Source: Eledone cirrhosa (lineage: Eukaryota). From it: DNA of 64,000 bases. The stretch covers positions 124,434,001 through 124,498,000 of the forward strand of contig OZ024745.1 of NCBI GenBank assembly GCA_964016885.1, in the 5' to 3' direction. The translations under genes were made by a program, and so were the position numbers. How positions within the stretch are numbered: the stretch's first letter is position 1; every line of letters starts with the position of its first letter. A model generated the notes under the pieces. That model was given only the letters and a program-made list of their open reading frames with translations. It ran no database searches and was not told where the DNA came from. Below, piece after piece: positions 13,350-26,970 of the stretch.

Positions 13350-13655
13350 CATGATGCCTGCCCCCTCGTTATCGAGTATGGCCATTGCACGATATACCAT
13401 TATTAATAATTATTAATTAATTCTATCGTACAATGCCTGTGCGTGAAGATTTTTATTTAAGTGAGGAAAGACTGTGCACTGAGCCAATCTCACTCTCTGA
13501 GCACCAGTGGCTATAACCCGAAAAGAAGAAAAGATCAACATCATCGGTAACTATTGAGCCTCAGGTTTTATATCGGAGTTATCCCAGTTTCCTGAGTTGC
13601 CTCCTCCTAGAAGAATGCCCTGACAAAGGCTAGGGGTCGTTCTCTCCCAGTTATC
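13350..13655 (-). mobile_element. Diverged RTE-related non-coding (5' UTR-like) segment
   Basis: Reverse complement resembles 14165-14320 (gggagaga.gacccc.tagccttt.tca.ggca..ttctaggag.agg.aact). Confidence 0.55.
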
Positions 13656-13786
13656 ACGTCACAGTGTTTACCATGCATATACACATATACATACATACAT
13701 ATGTACACGTGTATATACATATGTACACATTTTTTTACATACATACATAAATACATACATACATACGTATATACATATATTTATGC

Positions 13787-13854
<68 letters not shown>

Positions 13855-13966
13855 GTCATCAGTGTTTATTTACACGTGTGTACAATGTTCAGCTGAGTGA
13901 TCTGTTAATGAAGAACTAATTTTTAACTATTTCCTGGTATGATATCAACCTTCTTTTTCTTCATAT

Positions 13967-14581
13967 GTCAGGTCACCAGTTGGTGCTACTGGTAACATGT
14001 ATCCCAGTACAACCTGTCCCATGGTCGGGTCGTTGGCGACTAACCTGGCAACCCCACCAAGGTTTCTTGGTGAGGAGGGTGACTTTGGACATCCTGCAGG
14101 ACTAAAACCAAAACATGTCAAAGGGCAAAGGAGCTCTTACGAGTCAATAGCCATGCAAAATCAGCGGGAGAGATGACCCCTTAGCCTTTATCAAGGCAGA
14201 ATTCTAGGAGAAGGAAAACTCTGATATAACACCTGCAACACTGATGGTACCCAATGATGTTGACTTGTTCTTATTTTTTTGGTAAATATCATCTTGGTTA
14301 AGAGAGTAGGACTGGCTTTGTGCCGTGAAGCTTTTATAGTGATATAAAAGCTTCACGGCACAGGCATTGCTTTATATCTGGAGATCTCTCTGCACTTGTC
14401 GTCACATGGTACCATGGGCCCAGCACTATGTGTCAGTAATTGTCACAAGTGTAGTGTTTGTAACAGAGTTTTCAAGTCGCTGGCTGGACTAAAAAGTCAC
14501 ACTCGTTCAGCGCATCGGTAGGGGTTCTCCTACATGGATATAAAGTAGTGGCCGTACTCGAAAACGAGTTGGCAGCCACCA

Positions 14582-14583
<2 letters not shown>
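13967..14583 (+). mobile_element. Non-autonomous ~615-bp RTE-derived element with (TA)n tail
   Basis: Closely similar copy at 36692-37300. The 3' part encodes HKCSVCNRVFKSLAGLKSHTRSAHR*, the terminal C2H2 finger seen in RTE ORFs. No RT or endonuclease sequence. Confidence 0.75.
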
Positions 14584-14641
<58 letters not shown>

Positions 14642-15518
14642 GATTAATTGATTGATTGATTCAGAGAAAGATAAGGCTAAATAACTATACACGCCAATAC
14701 ATATTACTAAATCTTTGTTGCCCTTCATATCGCCAATAGCGCAGCTAATAATCTCTGATAGAACAGCTATTTAGTCAAAAAGAATTTTCCTATAATATCG
14801 ATTTATCTGAATCTCGTAAATAACAACAACAACAACAATATCAACAACAATAACAATAATAATAACGGTGATGATAGTAATAATAATAATAATAATAATA
14901 GTAATAATAATGCTTTAGCAATCAACTAGAATTTTGGCAACGCTGAAAATAATATTAAGAACAAGTTTATTGGAATTAAAACATCTCGGTGCTATTGCTG
15001 ATTTTCAACACATTTCTGGTGTGTTGTGGGATGAATGTGTATCGTTTAATGCTCTAATGTTTTGCAAGTATAAAGGGAATCCTGACTTCGGTACTACGAA
15101 GAATATTAGCAATCTATTTACAATTCTCCACAAATAACAATTTAGATGGTACAGGGGGAGTCAAGAAAAACATAACAAAGAGCAGAACAGCGGAAACAAG
15201 GAAAACAAGTCTGAGAAGAGAAATTTATAAAGAATTACGAGGAAAGGAAAGCGTGTGAGACATTGGGAAAAAGAAGGTAAAAGAAAGATTAGGTTTTTCA
15301 ATTGTCTGTCAATGAACGTTTGGTGTTTTCTTATACTGGTTTTTGCTTATCTGTAGCTACGCTATGCTAAATATATATATTGTTATACTTTGGGAGGGTC
15401 ATGTTGCCAATAAGAAACACATGCACCAGTTGCTTTCACTTCAATTTATTATAATAAATTTATAAATTTCCGGTTGGTTGGTTGGTTGGTTCCACAACCA
15501 GATGGTTGTTTATATATT

Positions 15519-15561
15519 GTCAAAGTTCTTTCGTCACACATTCTGTGACCTCTTCAGTGAC
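15519..15561 (-). ncRNA. Minimal hammerhead ribozyme in a PLE pseudo-LTR relic
   Basis: Minus strand gtca-CTGAAGA-g-gtcaca-gaatg-tgtgac-GAAAG-AA-CTT-tgac; homologous to 24551-24591. Confidence 0.75.
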
Positions 15562-17348
15562 TGGGGATTCTTTTCTTTGTTTTTGTGCCTCTCCTTTGTT
15601 CTGTCCTACGCCATCTTGTTTCTATATAAAAAAAATATAGAGCTGCTCTTGTTCAAAATTGTGGAGAGTCATACAGTGCATTAGAAGACTGCATGAGTAC
15701 AAAGTAATGGGGAATTAAAAAATACATCAAGATACTCTCATGGGATGACAAATGAGGTTTATTTTTCAACATAGCCCCTGGTAAGAAACAATGCAGTTAT
15801 TAATTAGAAGAGTTGAAATAATTGCATGCAAGATTTCACAGCTCTAGCTTCACTCCTTCAGAGTCAGGCTATGAACATTTCAGCCGATCCTCATATATAA
15901 GAACAAATATGGAGTAAATATATTTATTCAATATATTGGTTGAAAATTTATTTTGAAACAACAAATAAATGATACACATACTTACACACGTGATTGACTA
16001 TTATGACAGTAATATTCTGTGTTGGGGTGCTCACATTTATAAATTCCAAATTCACCTAACGTTTCTTAAGCCATAAATGTTTGTTTACATTTCCCCTAGA
16101 AATATTATAGCATTCTAAGATGATGGGAAAAAGTGTCAGCAGCTTTGTAGCATTGTGGCTAATCAACTCCGACGGAAACCAAAAGACGCTATGTTCAATT
16201 TCTTGCAATCGTATCCGTTAGGTTTTCCCGTCCCAGAGGTTACTTTAATTATGTTCTAAACTTTTCCAGCATTTGGAACCTGACTCTGGGATCGGAAGCT
16301 CCTCATATATGTTTTAATATGCAGGCTCGCACTTGAGACTGATTCTTTATTCCTTTATATATTAATACTATATATATATATATATATATCCGGATCTAGC
16401 TGTCGAAACGGGCAGAGCTCAGCCGTCGGGGTCCTGACTCTTTTCCTATATATATATATATATATATATATATGCATACAGTCACACATATATGAAGATG
16501 CGTATGTAACACGAAAGTTGCGATGAATCCCGTTCAATGTGTGAGTGGCAATAATTAAATTCTACAATAAACCTTTGACAATCGTGTTTACTAGGAGTGT
16601 TAATCCGAAGGTGCGGATTATAGATGGTATTAATCCATCCGGTCTTAAATTCTAAATCGACTATTGCAATATAAACAAAGATTTGTCTGCGTTAGTCAGT
16701 ATCTGTGCTTGTGTTATGGTGTATGTACTTGTTCGTGTGTGTTTGAATAAAGTTATGAGTATATTCGGTACATAGATATAGCAATTAGTGAAATAGATGT
16801 AGCCACCGACACTCATTAATCTTTTAATGCGATGTGTTCATAATACGGAAATATTAGTTAGAAATAAAATGTCTTCATTCTTACTGCTACTATAACCTAC
16901 ATCATCACTATTACTATTATTACCACCGTGATCCTCTTTCTTTCATTATGATTGTCGACGATGACATCATTACCATCGTCACCACCATCATCCCCACCAC
17001 TACCACCACCACCACCACCAACAAGAACACTAACACCACTTATTATTCTGATAAATGAGATTAGTCATTTGGCTGCAATGATATCATTTAAGATTTTTTT
17101 TATAGTTCATTATGAAGGTGAGATTGATGCATGAGTAAAACGATGGAGACTGATTTCAAATCTTCCAGGGCTTTGTTATTGGACAGTTAATATATTTCTT
17201 TCTGTTATGTAGTTGTTAGAAATAGGTTTAGGAAGGCTTTCTATAATTGAGAAGACTGTATTTCTGATCTACTTAGTGCACCAAAATCCAGATTTGCGAA
17301 TGAAAAGACAAAATATTTCCCAATGTTGTAATTATATTCATAGAGGCA

Positions 17349-17435
<87 letters not shown>

Positions 17436-17445
17436 GTAGAGGTTA

Positions 17446-17660
17446 TATTTAATTTGTTGGGATTCAACAAGCTTAAACATTTTTATAACTGATATAAAGC
17501 ACTCAACTGTTTAGTGGAGTAAATACACAATATATTAATAAATGGAAACTATATTTATAAAACCATATTTATTTTATTATACATATTTCAAGGGCAACCA
17601 AGGCAAATTATGGTGCGCTTTCATCAGATAAAATACAGATTTGTTTTATAAATAAATATT
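17446..17660 (-). mobile_element. PLE pseudo-LTR relic with decayed hammerhead (core 17580-17627)
   Basis: Minus strand CTGATGA-aagcgcacca...tggttgccctt-GAAATATGTA. Homologous copy at 60575-60790 (CTGAGGA...GAAATATATA). Both lie beside (TA)n. Confidence 0.6.
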
Positions 17661-18712
17661 GACATACCCGGAAAAAAGACAACCTTAACAGTTGGAGCTT
17701 CCTGGATAGTGGAGATAATATTTTATTGAGGGTAATACAAAGTTATGAGTGAGTATGCAAATGAGTGTCCGAAAGGTTTAAAAGATAACGAATACAACAA
17801 AATACGTGTACCAGTTCAGTATTTATGATCCATCGATGGTGCAGCAGTTTAAAGAAATGTTCAATCTACATAGCTATTTAATATATTCATAGATTACTAG
17901 TAGTAATTTCGTTTATCAATCATAGCACTTTCAAATTCAAAATTTATCTATACTGGAGACCTCAAAAGCTGAATTATTTTTTCGCGATTTTTGGTTACTG
18001 AAATATGAATTACCCAAAATGATGATAGAAAACAAACAATTTCCGGTAAACGATTTTCAAATCCCTTATCTCAAAGCATTGATGGTTTTAAATAAATTTA
18101 GTGAAATATAACTAGAGCTTTAAGTATCATCGTGTAAATGTAAACAAATGTGAAACGCATTCTGTTATTCTCTTCGCATACAGAAAATCATAAGAGTATT
18201 TACACGTTTCATAGGGGTTCCCCTGCCAGCAGAATATAAGTATCTTTATCATTCGATCTAAGAAGAGAATTTATAGTCAAACTATTTAAATTAATCACAA
18301 ATGGCCAATCTAATTTGAATGATGTGCATTTGTCTCTGGCATAATTATTTCAATAATAAAATGTTGCACAGTACAGAACAGAGGAAATAATAATACTATA
18401 AGAAAAACGATAATTTTAAGAGAAGTTTTTTTAGTTTCTTTGTTTATATCAAATTGACTCAGTGGCCGAGCTGATTACAAATTTACAGTAGAATGCTTTC
18501 CCAGAGCTAACTACTTATCTGTGAATTGTTAGAAAAAATGTTAGTCACCGTTTTCCTATCATCGTCATTGTCTGTCATTGTATTAATGGGAATGGATGTC
18601 GAATCAGAATTTTAGAGGTCATTGACATTGATACTATATAAATCAACAAAGACTAAATAAAGGTTACTTTATAATGACAGTATGTTAAATAATCATTATT
18701 AGTAAACAGTAT

Positions 18713-19276
18713 GGTGGTGGATTGGCAGTATTGGTAGAGGGTTGGACGCCATGCTTTCCAACATAGTTACGTCCCTTTATGATCTGAGTTCAAATCCCGC
18801 CGAGGTTGACGTTGCCTTTCATCCTTACGGGGTCGATAAAATAAAGTACCAGTAATGCACTGGGTAATTGCTGGACTTGTGCCTAAAGTAGAAACAATTA
18901 TTAGTAAACAGTATCGGTAGAGGGTCGGACGCCATGCTTTCCAGCATAGTTACGTCCCTTTACGATCTGAGTTCAAATCCCGCCGAGGTTGACTTTGCCT
19001 TTCATCCTTACGGGGTCGATAAAATAAAGTACCAGTAATGCACTGGGTTATTGCTGGCCTTGTGCCTAAAGTAGAAACAATTATTAGTAAACAGTATCGG
19101 TAGAGGGTCGGACGCCATGCTTTGACGCATAGAGTTACGGCCCTTGCTATACTGAGTTCAAATCCTGCCGAGGTTAACTTTGCCATTCATCCTTACGGGG
19201 TCGATAAAATAAAGTACCAGTAATGCACTGGGGATTTGCTGGCCTTGTGCCAAAAGTATAAACAATTATTAGTAAA
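18713..19276 (+). mobile_element. Tandem trimer of Meta-domain SINE
   Basis: Three ~180-bp units joined by attattagtaaacagtat; attattagtaaa also flanks both ends (18695-18706, 19265-19276). Confidence 0.9.
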
Positions 19277-20011
19277 ACTACACAAATTAACATGTCGAAA
19301 AGAGTGCCAATAGAAACAAAAATAATAAAAAAACTACAAAACCTGATCAAAATGTTTCTTATAATATAATCAAACAAGTAACTTGCTTATTGGTAACTGG
19401 GTGACCAAACTAAATTTTCCGAACGTTATATTTGAAAGTTTAGTTATTAAAAAATGTATTAAAGAAAGAAAGAACAACAAACAGTTTTTATTTAAGATGT
19501 AGATTTTTATAATTTATAGCCCTGAAATATTTCTCTATAATATTTAGACATTTCTTCAGATTGAAATACTTATAAGAAAGATTAATGTGTTAAATCAACA
19601 TAAAATCAACGATTAATTCTATCATTAAAAAAGAAAGAAATCTACTAAGATTTATCGCTCCTAATTTGTAAATTTTCCTTTAACGAATGTGTGAGTCAAA
19701 TTAAGAAAGCTGATTTTAATGAAAGACTGTCTTTTGTTAATAAGCTTATTTTATGGCATAATCTTCCAGTATTATGCATTATAAACTGATTTGCTAATTA
19801 GAAATAAATATATTTAGTCAAATAGAAGTAAATGATGAACTTCCGTAATACGTGACTTTATTAGTCAGAAGACGTTTATCATATTCAATATTCATGTCTA
19901 TTACGCCTCTTATTAATTATCATATAATAATATGATCATGCGTAAAGAAACACACACACGTACACAGAAATGCACACACACACACACACACATGTACAAA
20001 ACACATACACT

Positions 20012-20046
<35 letters not shown>

Positions 20047-20223
20047 GTATATATATATGTGTATATATATTTATATATATATATATATATATATATACAT
20101 ACATATGTATGTATGCATACATGTATGTATACATGTATGTATATATATATATATATATACATACATATGTATGTATATATACATGTATGTATATATATAT
20201 ATATATATAAATACATATGTATG

Positions 20224-20254
<31 letters not shown>

Positions 20255-20390
20255 GTATATATACATCTATATATATATATATACATGTATGTATATATAT
20301 ACATATGTATGTATATATATACACATATGTATATATATATATACATGTATGTATATATATATACATACATACACACACACACACACAGAG

Positions 20391-20439
<49 letters not shown>

Positions 20440-20627
20440 CACATATATATATATATATATATATACATCCATACACACATACACTGCACCACACACTCAT
20501 TATAATGTATACATATATGAAATAATGTACCTACAATAATAAATGTACCATAAACACATAGAAACTATTATGCACACCTAAGAGAAGATTTATCCTCCTC
20601 CCACAACACCTTCATCTCCTCCTCCTT

Positions 20628-20628
20628 G

Positions 20629-20659
<31 letters not shown>

Positions 20660-20664
20660 CATCA

Positions 20665-20718
<54 letters not shown>
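20628..20718. repeat. (ATC)n microsatellite
   Basis: Direct reading. Confidence 0.95.
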
Positions 20719-20719
<1 letters not shown>

Positions 20720-21533
20720 TTCGTCATTATCACACCGTCACACCCATTTTCATTTTCGTCCTCACCTAAGAAGGTAACACCGACCGCAGCAGTATTTGTA
20801 TACACAATATACGAGAAGGTTTGCCATAATTCGTTTCTCTAAGGTTTTTATGTTGATGTGGTGCCATGATATTCTGCCCTTTGGAATTTGTTAATGGTAA
20901 AAAAAAAAAAATAAACCAACATAAATACAAATATACAGCAGAAAGAGCAGAAAGATTTCTCCAAAATAGAATCAAAATAAAAATCAAACCTTCATAAAAA
21001 ATGTAGAGATAAATAGGCAAAATATGTAGTGTATGCACATATTCATATATGTTATATGTCAATATATATATCTGTAGCCTGCACACACACAAACATATGT
21101 ATGTATGAGTGTATTTGTTTGTGTGTATGTTCGACTAATGATCCTACTTCACCTTACAATAAAATAGAATATATATAAACAAAACACATGTATATAAAGC
21201 ATGCAAAAAAAAAAAAAATCTAAAACCGAGAGATTAAAAACATACTCAAAAATTACTTAGAGGTTATTAAATACGAAACGTAATATGCGCTGATTCCAGG
21301 AATTCATGAAATATCTTTTGAACAAAAATGTTAAGGTCTTTGTTGATATTAATTAGTTTAAAAAAATAATATCTATTTTTATCTTATTTCTTTTAGATGT
21401 ATGAGAAAGTGCACGCATCAGTAACGTTTTACACACCACCCCATATATATATATAAATATATATATATACACGCATATTTATATAATAGACATGTCCTCA
21501 CATACATAAACGCACTCACATATTCTTTATTTA

Positions 21534-21653
<120 letters not shown>

Positions 21654-21688
21654 CATACATATATATATATATATATATATACATACAT

Positions 21689-21758
<70 letters not shown>

Positions 21759-21759
<1 letters not shown>

Positions 21760-21896
21760 ACGAAGGAAATGTGGTAAGGAACCAGATAGACCATAACACA
21801 CCAAAGTACTCAATACTTAGGGTAGTAGAGTGGGTAATAGGAACGAGTAGGACCCCGAGAGCTGAGCTCAAACCGTTTCGACGGCTAATTCTGGAC
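21759..21896 (-). mobile_element. 'AACGAAGG' family element in (TA)n
   Basis: Match to 4564-4706, with TA tracts on both sides. Confidence 0.85.
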
Positions 21897-21930
21897 ATAG
21901 AAAACATATATATATATATATGTTTTCTAC

Positions 21931-21981
<51 letters not shown>

Positions 21982-22319
21982 ACGGATAAGTGTGGTATTC
22001 TTTGTATGGTAGTTTGTTGAAAACAATAATGCCATGATTGAGTTGTTAACAACGTTTATTTATTAATAACAATATTCAATTTAAACTTCGAGTAATACAT
22101 TTTGTGACATGAATTATCACTACATTAAATCGCTTGCTCGCTTCTACGAGTTAGCGTAGATGCATGTGTTGTATCTTACAGATACAATATGACCGGAAGT
22201 ATAAGGTGAGCGTCGAATGTAAACAATATGAACTTACTATGTGTATGTGTGTACGTATTCTTAGAATATATTCTTCTTCTCAAGGATGCTGCTTTATGTT
22301 TGGCTGCCTGGCTGTGTCT

Positions 22320-22540
22320 GTGGACGGTAAGATGGAAGCCAGTAAGGGCCAGGAGAGTTAAAGTGTAAAAGGTCTGCTGATGCCCACATCGTTATCTCTT
22401 GGTGACTGCTGCTTCGGGTCTGTCTTTGGGTTTCCTAAGTCGTTGTATTTATAATAACATTATAGTTAGAAGGATGTGTATATGAGGTTGATTTATGATC
22501 AGCCATGTGGTTATTGTCCCCCAAGAAGCTGGGGTCACAG
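22320..22540 (-). mobile_element. Possible decayed Penelope GIY-YIG C-terminus
   Basis: Minus frames give NHMADH...SNYNVII, then RPEAAV and FNSPGPYWLP, resembling H..H...N..I...R..EA.I...N..G.Y.L. Confidence 0.3.
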
Positions 22541-22686
22541 GTCAAGTGGAATGTACGTTTATCATCGTTGACTTGACAAGACAATGGTGGGAACTTTCCA
22601 ACAATGGTTAGTCCCAGAGGCCAGAAACCTCAGATTCGGTTTCGAATCTTCGCCGGGAAAACATAGTATTCTGTTATATATATATG

Positions 22687-22796
<110 letters not shown>

Positions 22797-22804
22797 TGTG
22801 TGTG

Positions 22805-22882
<78 letters not shown>

Positions 22883-23414
22883 AATTCATACATACATATC
22901 TATCTATCTATCTATCTACCTATCTATCTATCTATCTATGAGTATAGTATATACAAAGTTCCATACACTTAACATGTATGTGCTACCTTTGGTTTCAGGA
23001 TTCAGCCACGGCAACCACTGTATATTAGTAAAGGCACTTTTAAACTGGCCCTTCATTCAGGCACGTGGACAAAGATATAAAAAAGGGAAGTTGCTGTCCC
23101 TCGATTAAACCTCCCTCCGAACATTGGAGACCTATATTTGAAACAAAGGAAGCAAATCTGGCTTGAAGTCCGTCTTTATATAAATTTTATATATCAAATT
23201 TGTTAGGGTTATTATGTCCAGTGGGTAAAGGGAGGTGACTCATAATATTATCCGGTACTTTGTTAGCTAAACTGATTAAGTTAAGTTGTTGCATATAAAT
23301 GGACACACACAGAGACACACAGACACAAGCTCACACACTCACACACACACACACACACATATATATGTGTGTGTGTATGTGTGTATAGGGAAAGGAGATA
23401 CAGAGAGAGAAAGG

Positions 23415-23514
<100 letters not shown>

Positions 23515-23733
23515 ATTACTATAGTAATATTCCACGGTGCACATAATCTTAAGGGCATATGTACTCTGAGGAGGAGACAACAATGTCAGAAGTGCAACAG
23601 GATAATCTCTTATATCTTTCTGTGTAAGGAAAAATAGAGGAAAGTGTTTACACTTCAAACAAAATGTCTAAAAATAGTAGCTATATCTACATTATGTTTA
23701 CTTTAAAATCTCCAAATATGCGATATCTTCTAG

Positions 23734-23812
<79 letters not shown>

Positions 23813-24092
23813 GTGTGTGTGTGTTTATATATATATATATATTAGAAAGTGACGTCTTTTTACAAAATGAAAGAAAACCGAGGTGTCTTACACGAGTGGA
23901 AGTATAAGGAAAAAAGATGAAATCGAAAATGCAACTGGAGTCTTTTTTAAAATGATGTGAGAAAAACTACAAACCCTCCATCTCAAATCTACTTTTGAAA
24001 AGCAGAAAAATTGCGAAACCGGTAAAGGAACCAAATAAATATATATTAAAAAAAAAAAGGACTCCAGTTGCATTTTCGATTTCATCTTTTTT

Positions 24093-24198
<106 letters not shown>

Positions 24199-24402
24199 TA
24201 CATGAATCAAAGTTCAGTTTAAATCATTTGAACTTTGAAACAACTGATGTTATTACATTGAGCTATTTATCTTACTGGTAATAAGATAGTAATGAATTAC
24301 TGTCTTTCACTATTTAGAGTTTAAAATATATATAACTATAAAAGGTTTTATTATATACATAACCATAAATAGTATCCTTAATACTATATATATATATATA
24401 TA

Positions 24403-24740
24403 CTTCGCTTTTGGATTTGTTTTGCAAAACGTGTGTTGAAGCAGATATTGTTATAATTTGGTACGATCATGCTGCCTGTTGGTTTTCACTTTAATTTATT
24501 ATAAATTTCCGGTTGGTTGGTTCGATAACCGGATGTTTGTTTAAATATTGTCAAAGATCTTTCGTCACACATTCTGTGACATCATCAGTGAGTGGGTTTT
24601 TATTTTGTGTTTCTCCTTTTTTCTGTCCTACACCATCTTGTTTTTATTGGCAGCATGACCCTCCCAAAGTATACCAATATTTGTTTCAACACACGTTTTC
24701 AGATAAGAAATCTTGCAAAACAAATTAAAAAACGAATTAT
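24403..24740 (-). mobile_element. PLE pseudo-LTR relic bounded by ~75-90-bp imperfect inverted repeats, with minimal hammerhead at 24551-24591
   Basis: Minus strand tca-CTGATGA-t-gtcaca-gaatg-tgtgac-GAAAG-AT-CTT-tga (palindromic AGATCT). 24403-24477 is the reverse complement of 24649-24738. (TA)n on both sides. Confidence 0.75.
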
Positions 24741-24754
24741 CTATATATATATAT

Positions 24755-24806
<52 letters not shown>

Positions 24807-25957
24807 GTGTGTGTGTGTGTTTGTGCGTGTGCATATTTATATGCATATACGTAACATTCTATTTACATCTTTCCACCTCATTTCTCCCCTATTTCTTGCT
24901 CTCCTTTTGTCTTACTCTCCTTGATCTCCTTCTTTCCCTACTTTCCTTCCCCCTTGCTATCACTGCTCCCCTTGCTCTTCTTTTTCTCCTCCATCATATT
25001 CCTCACTCTATTTCCCCTCATTTTCCCACTCTTCACACAGTTTACTATTTCATTTTTTTTGTCCATTCCTCCCTCCCCTCCTTATCCTTCCCCCTTCCCC
25101 CTGTCTCTCCCCCTCCCTCTCCTTCATCTTTTCTCTCTCCCCAGTTCTTGGATCTCTCTTTCCACCTCATGTTCTAACTCTTTTCATCACGTCTTCCCCT
25201 TCTTTCCCCCTTCCCCGTCACCCCTCTAGTCTCACCACTTTAACTCTCTCTTCGACTTTATACGCTTCGAGTTCAAATCCCGCTGAATACAACGTTCCCT
25301 TTCATTCTTTCGGGGTTGGTAAAGTTAGATAGGGTAGAATGCATCTATATTTAAAATTTGTTCATTTTTGCAAACATGAATTTTATCGTACGTCTATATG
25401 ATCTAATATATTGTTATTTGCATTGTTAAAAGTAGCATGTTCCAGAATTTATTCATATCTTGTGTCGACCTGAGTTTAAAATCTCGCTAAATAAAATATA
25501 TAGTGTAATCTCGGATTTCGTGGTTCCTGTTATTCTTGGAATTTTCCTTAGAACCTAAATAATAATTGTCCGTGGAAACCATCGCATATTCGCGGAATCG
25601 TAAATATCTTCCGTGATTTTTATAGCCTTTTTTGTGGCAATATTGTATTTTTTAACGCTAAATTATTAATAACAACATACCGTATTTGCCGGCGTGTTGG
25701 ACGCCATTTCGCATAAGACGCTCCCTATGTTTTTTTAATTATATTTTACGTTGTATTTTGACGTTTATAGGCATTTTTATGGACCACGTCGCGACTGCTT
25801 GAGGAACGTAAATCCTGGGAATGCCGGGGGACAACTGATTTTGTAAGACAAAACGTGGTTATTCACATACACATCCCATGTAAATTATTTCTTCAAGTGA
25901 GAAGGAGATATGCAATCATCATCATCATCATCCTCATCTTCATCATCATCAACCTTA

Positions 25958-26048
25958 TCTTCTTCTTCTTCTTCTTCTTCTTCTTCTTCTTCTTCTTCTT
26001 CTTCTTCTTCTTCTTCTTCTTCTTCTTCTTCTTCTTCTTCTTCTTCTT
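25958..26048. repeat. (TTC)n microsatellite
   Basis: Direct reading. Confidence 0.95.
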
Positions 26049-26190
26049 TTCACACTCCTCCTTAATCAAGTGACCTCACCACCATCTCTCCTCCCCATCC
26101 ACCACTATATACTTGATACATTAGATAAGATGCCCCACCACCACCCTCAACTACCAACTGAGACATAACCAGAACTGACCAACTTTATCT

Positions 26191-26242
26191 GACATTCCTG
26201 ATGATTTCATAAGAATGAAACAGTTCTAGTCCTGTAGAAGTC
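26191..26242 (+). ncRNA. Complete type I hammerhead ribozyme
   Basis: gacattc-CTGATGA-t-ttc-ataa-gaa-t-GAAACAG-ttctagtc-CTGTA-gaagtc. All three stems pair, predicted cleavage is after 26236, and (TA)n follows. Confidence 0.85.
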
Positions 26243-26247
26243 ATACA

Positions 26248-26314
<67 letters not shown>

Positions 26315-26317
<3 letters not shown>

Positions 26318-26430
26318 GAAGGAAGTGTGGTAAGGAACCAGATGGACCATATCGCTAAAAATTCTAATTTAATCCAGAAATAGCCGTCGAAACGGCTTGA
26401 GCTCTGCCGTCGGGGTTAAACATTTTCCTA
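26315..26430. mobile_element. 'AACGAAGG' family element, inverted two-part form
   Basis: Tail piece aatgaagg...gaccata joined to the opposite-strand piece ending ttttccta; TA flanks. Confidence 0.8.
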
Positions 26431-26970
26431 TATATATATACATACACACATATATATATACATATATAACATTAAATTAAACAACAGTTCTTCAACAATT
26501 GTAAGAAATTCCAACGTAGAATTAACTATCTCCATTATGTTGGAGCTAGTTCAATCGAATCTACTCTTTAATTTAAGCTGATGGCATTTAGAAAATCTCA
26601 GAAATCAATATCATTCCCTATATTGACCACTATAATATAAAAGGTAAAGGTATTTTAAAATTCGTAGTTTGTATATGATTCATTCACCAAACAATGTTAG
26701 TGATTTACCAAAAGCAATATACCACCAGATTACTCAAGTGACATATATTAAACAGAGACCTTTATCTGATACACCGATCAGTCCCAAACGTCGCACCAAC
26801 CTTTGAAAATGTAATGAATAGAAATTGAACTAGAACAATTGAACGAAAGAATTGGTAACGAAACCAAATAGATAACACTATAATTATAATACTGAAATGC
26901 AAAACACCCCAAAATGGGTATATATATATATATATATATATATATACGGTATATATATATATATATATAT

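Noticed and set aside
13967-14055. HDV-like ribozyme at the 5' end of the RTE-derived element
   Set aside because: A P4-like hairpin and a CTAA are present, but I could not assemble a consistent P1/P2/P3 double pseudoknot by eye.
19913-20539. Long [12 protein letters not shown] ORFs here and throughout (e.g. 7006-8003, 42895-43519, 51920-52558, 62038-62622)
   Set aside because: Translations of (TA)n/(CA)n microsatellites that lack stop codons; no coding evidence.
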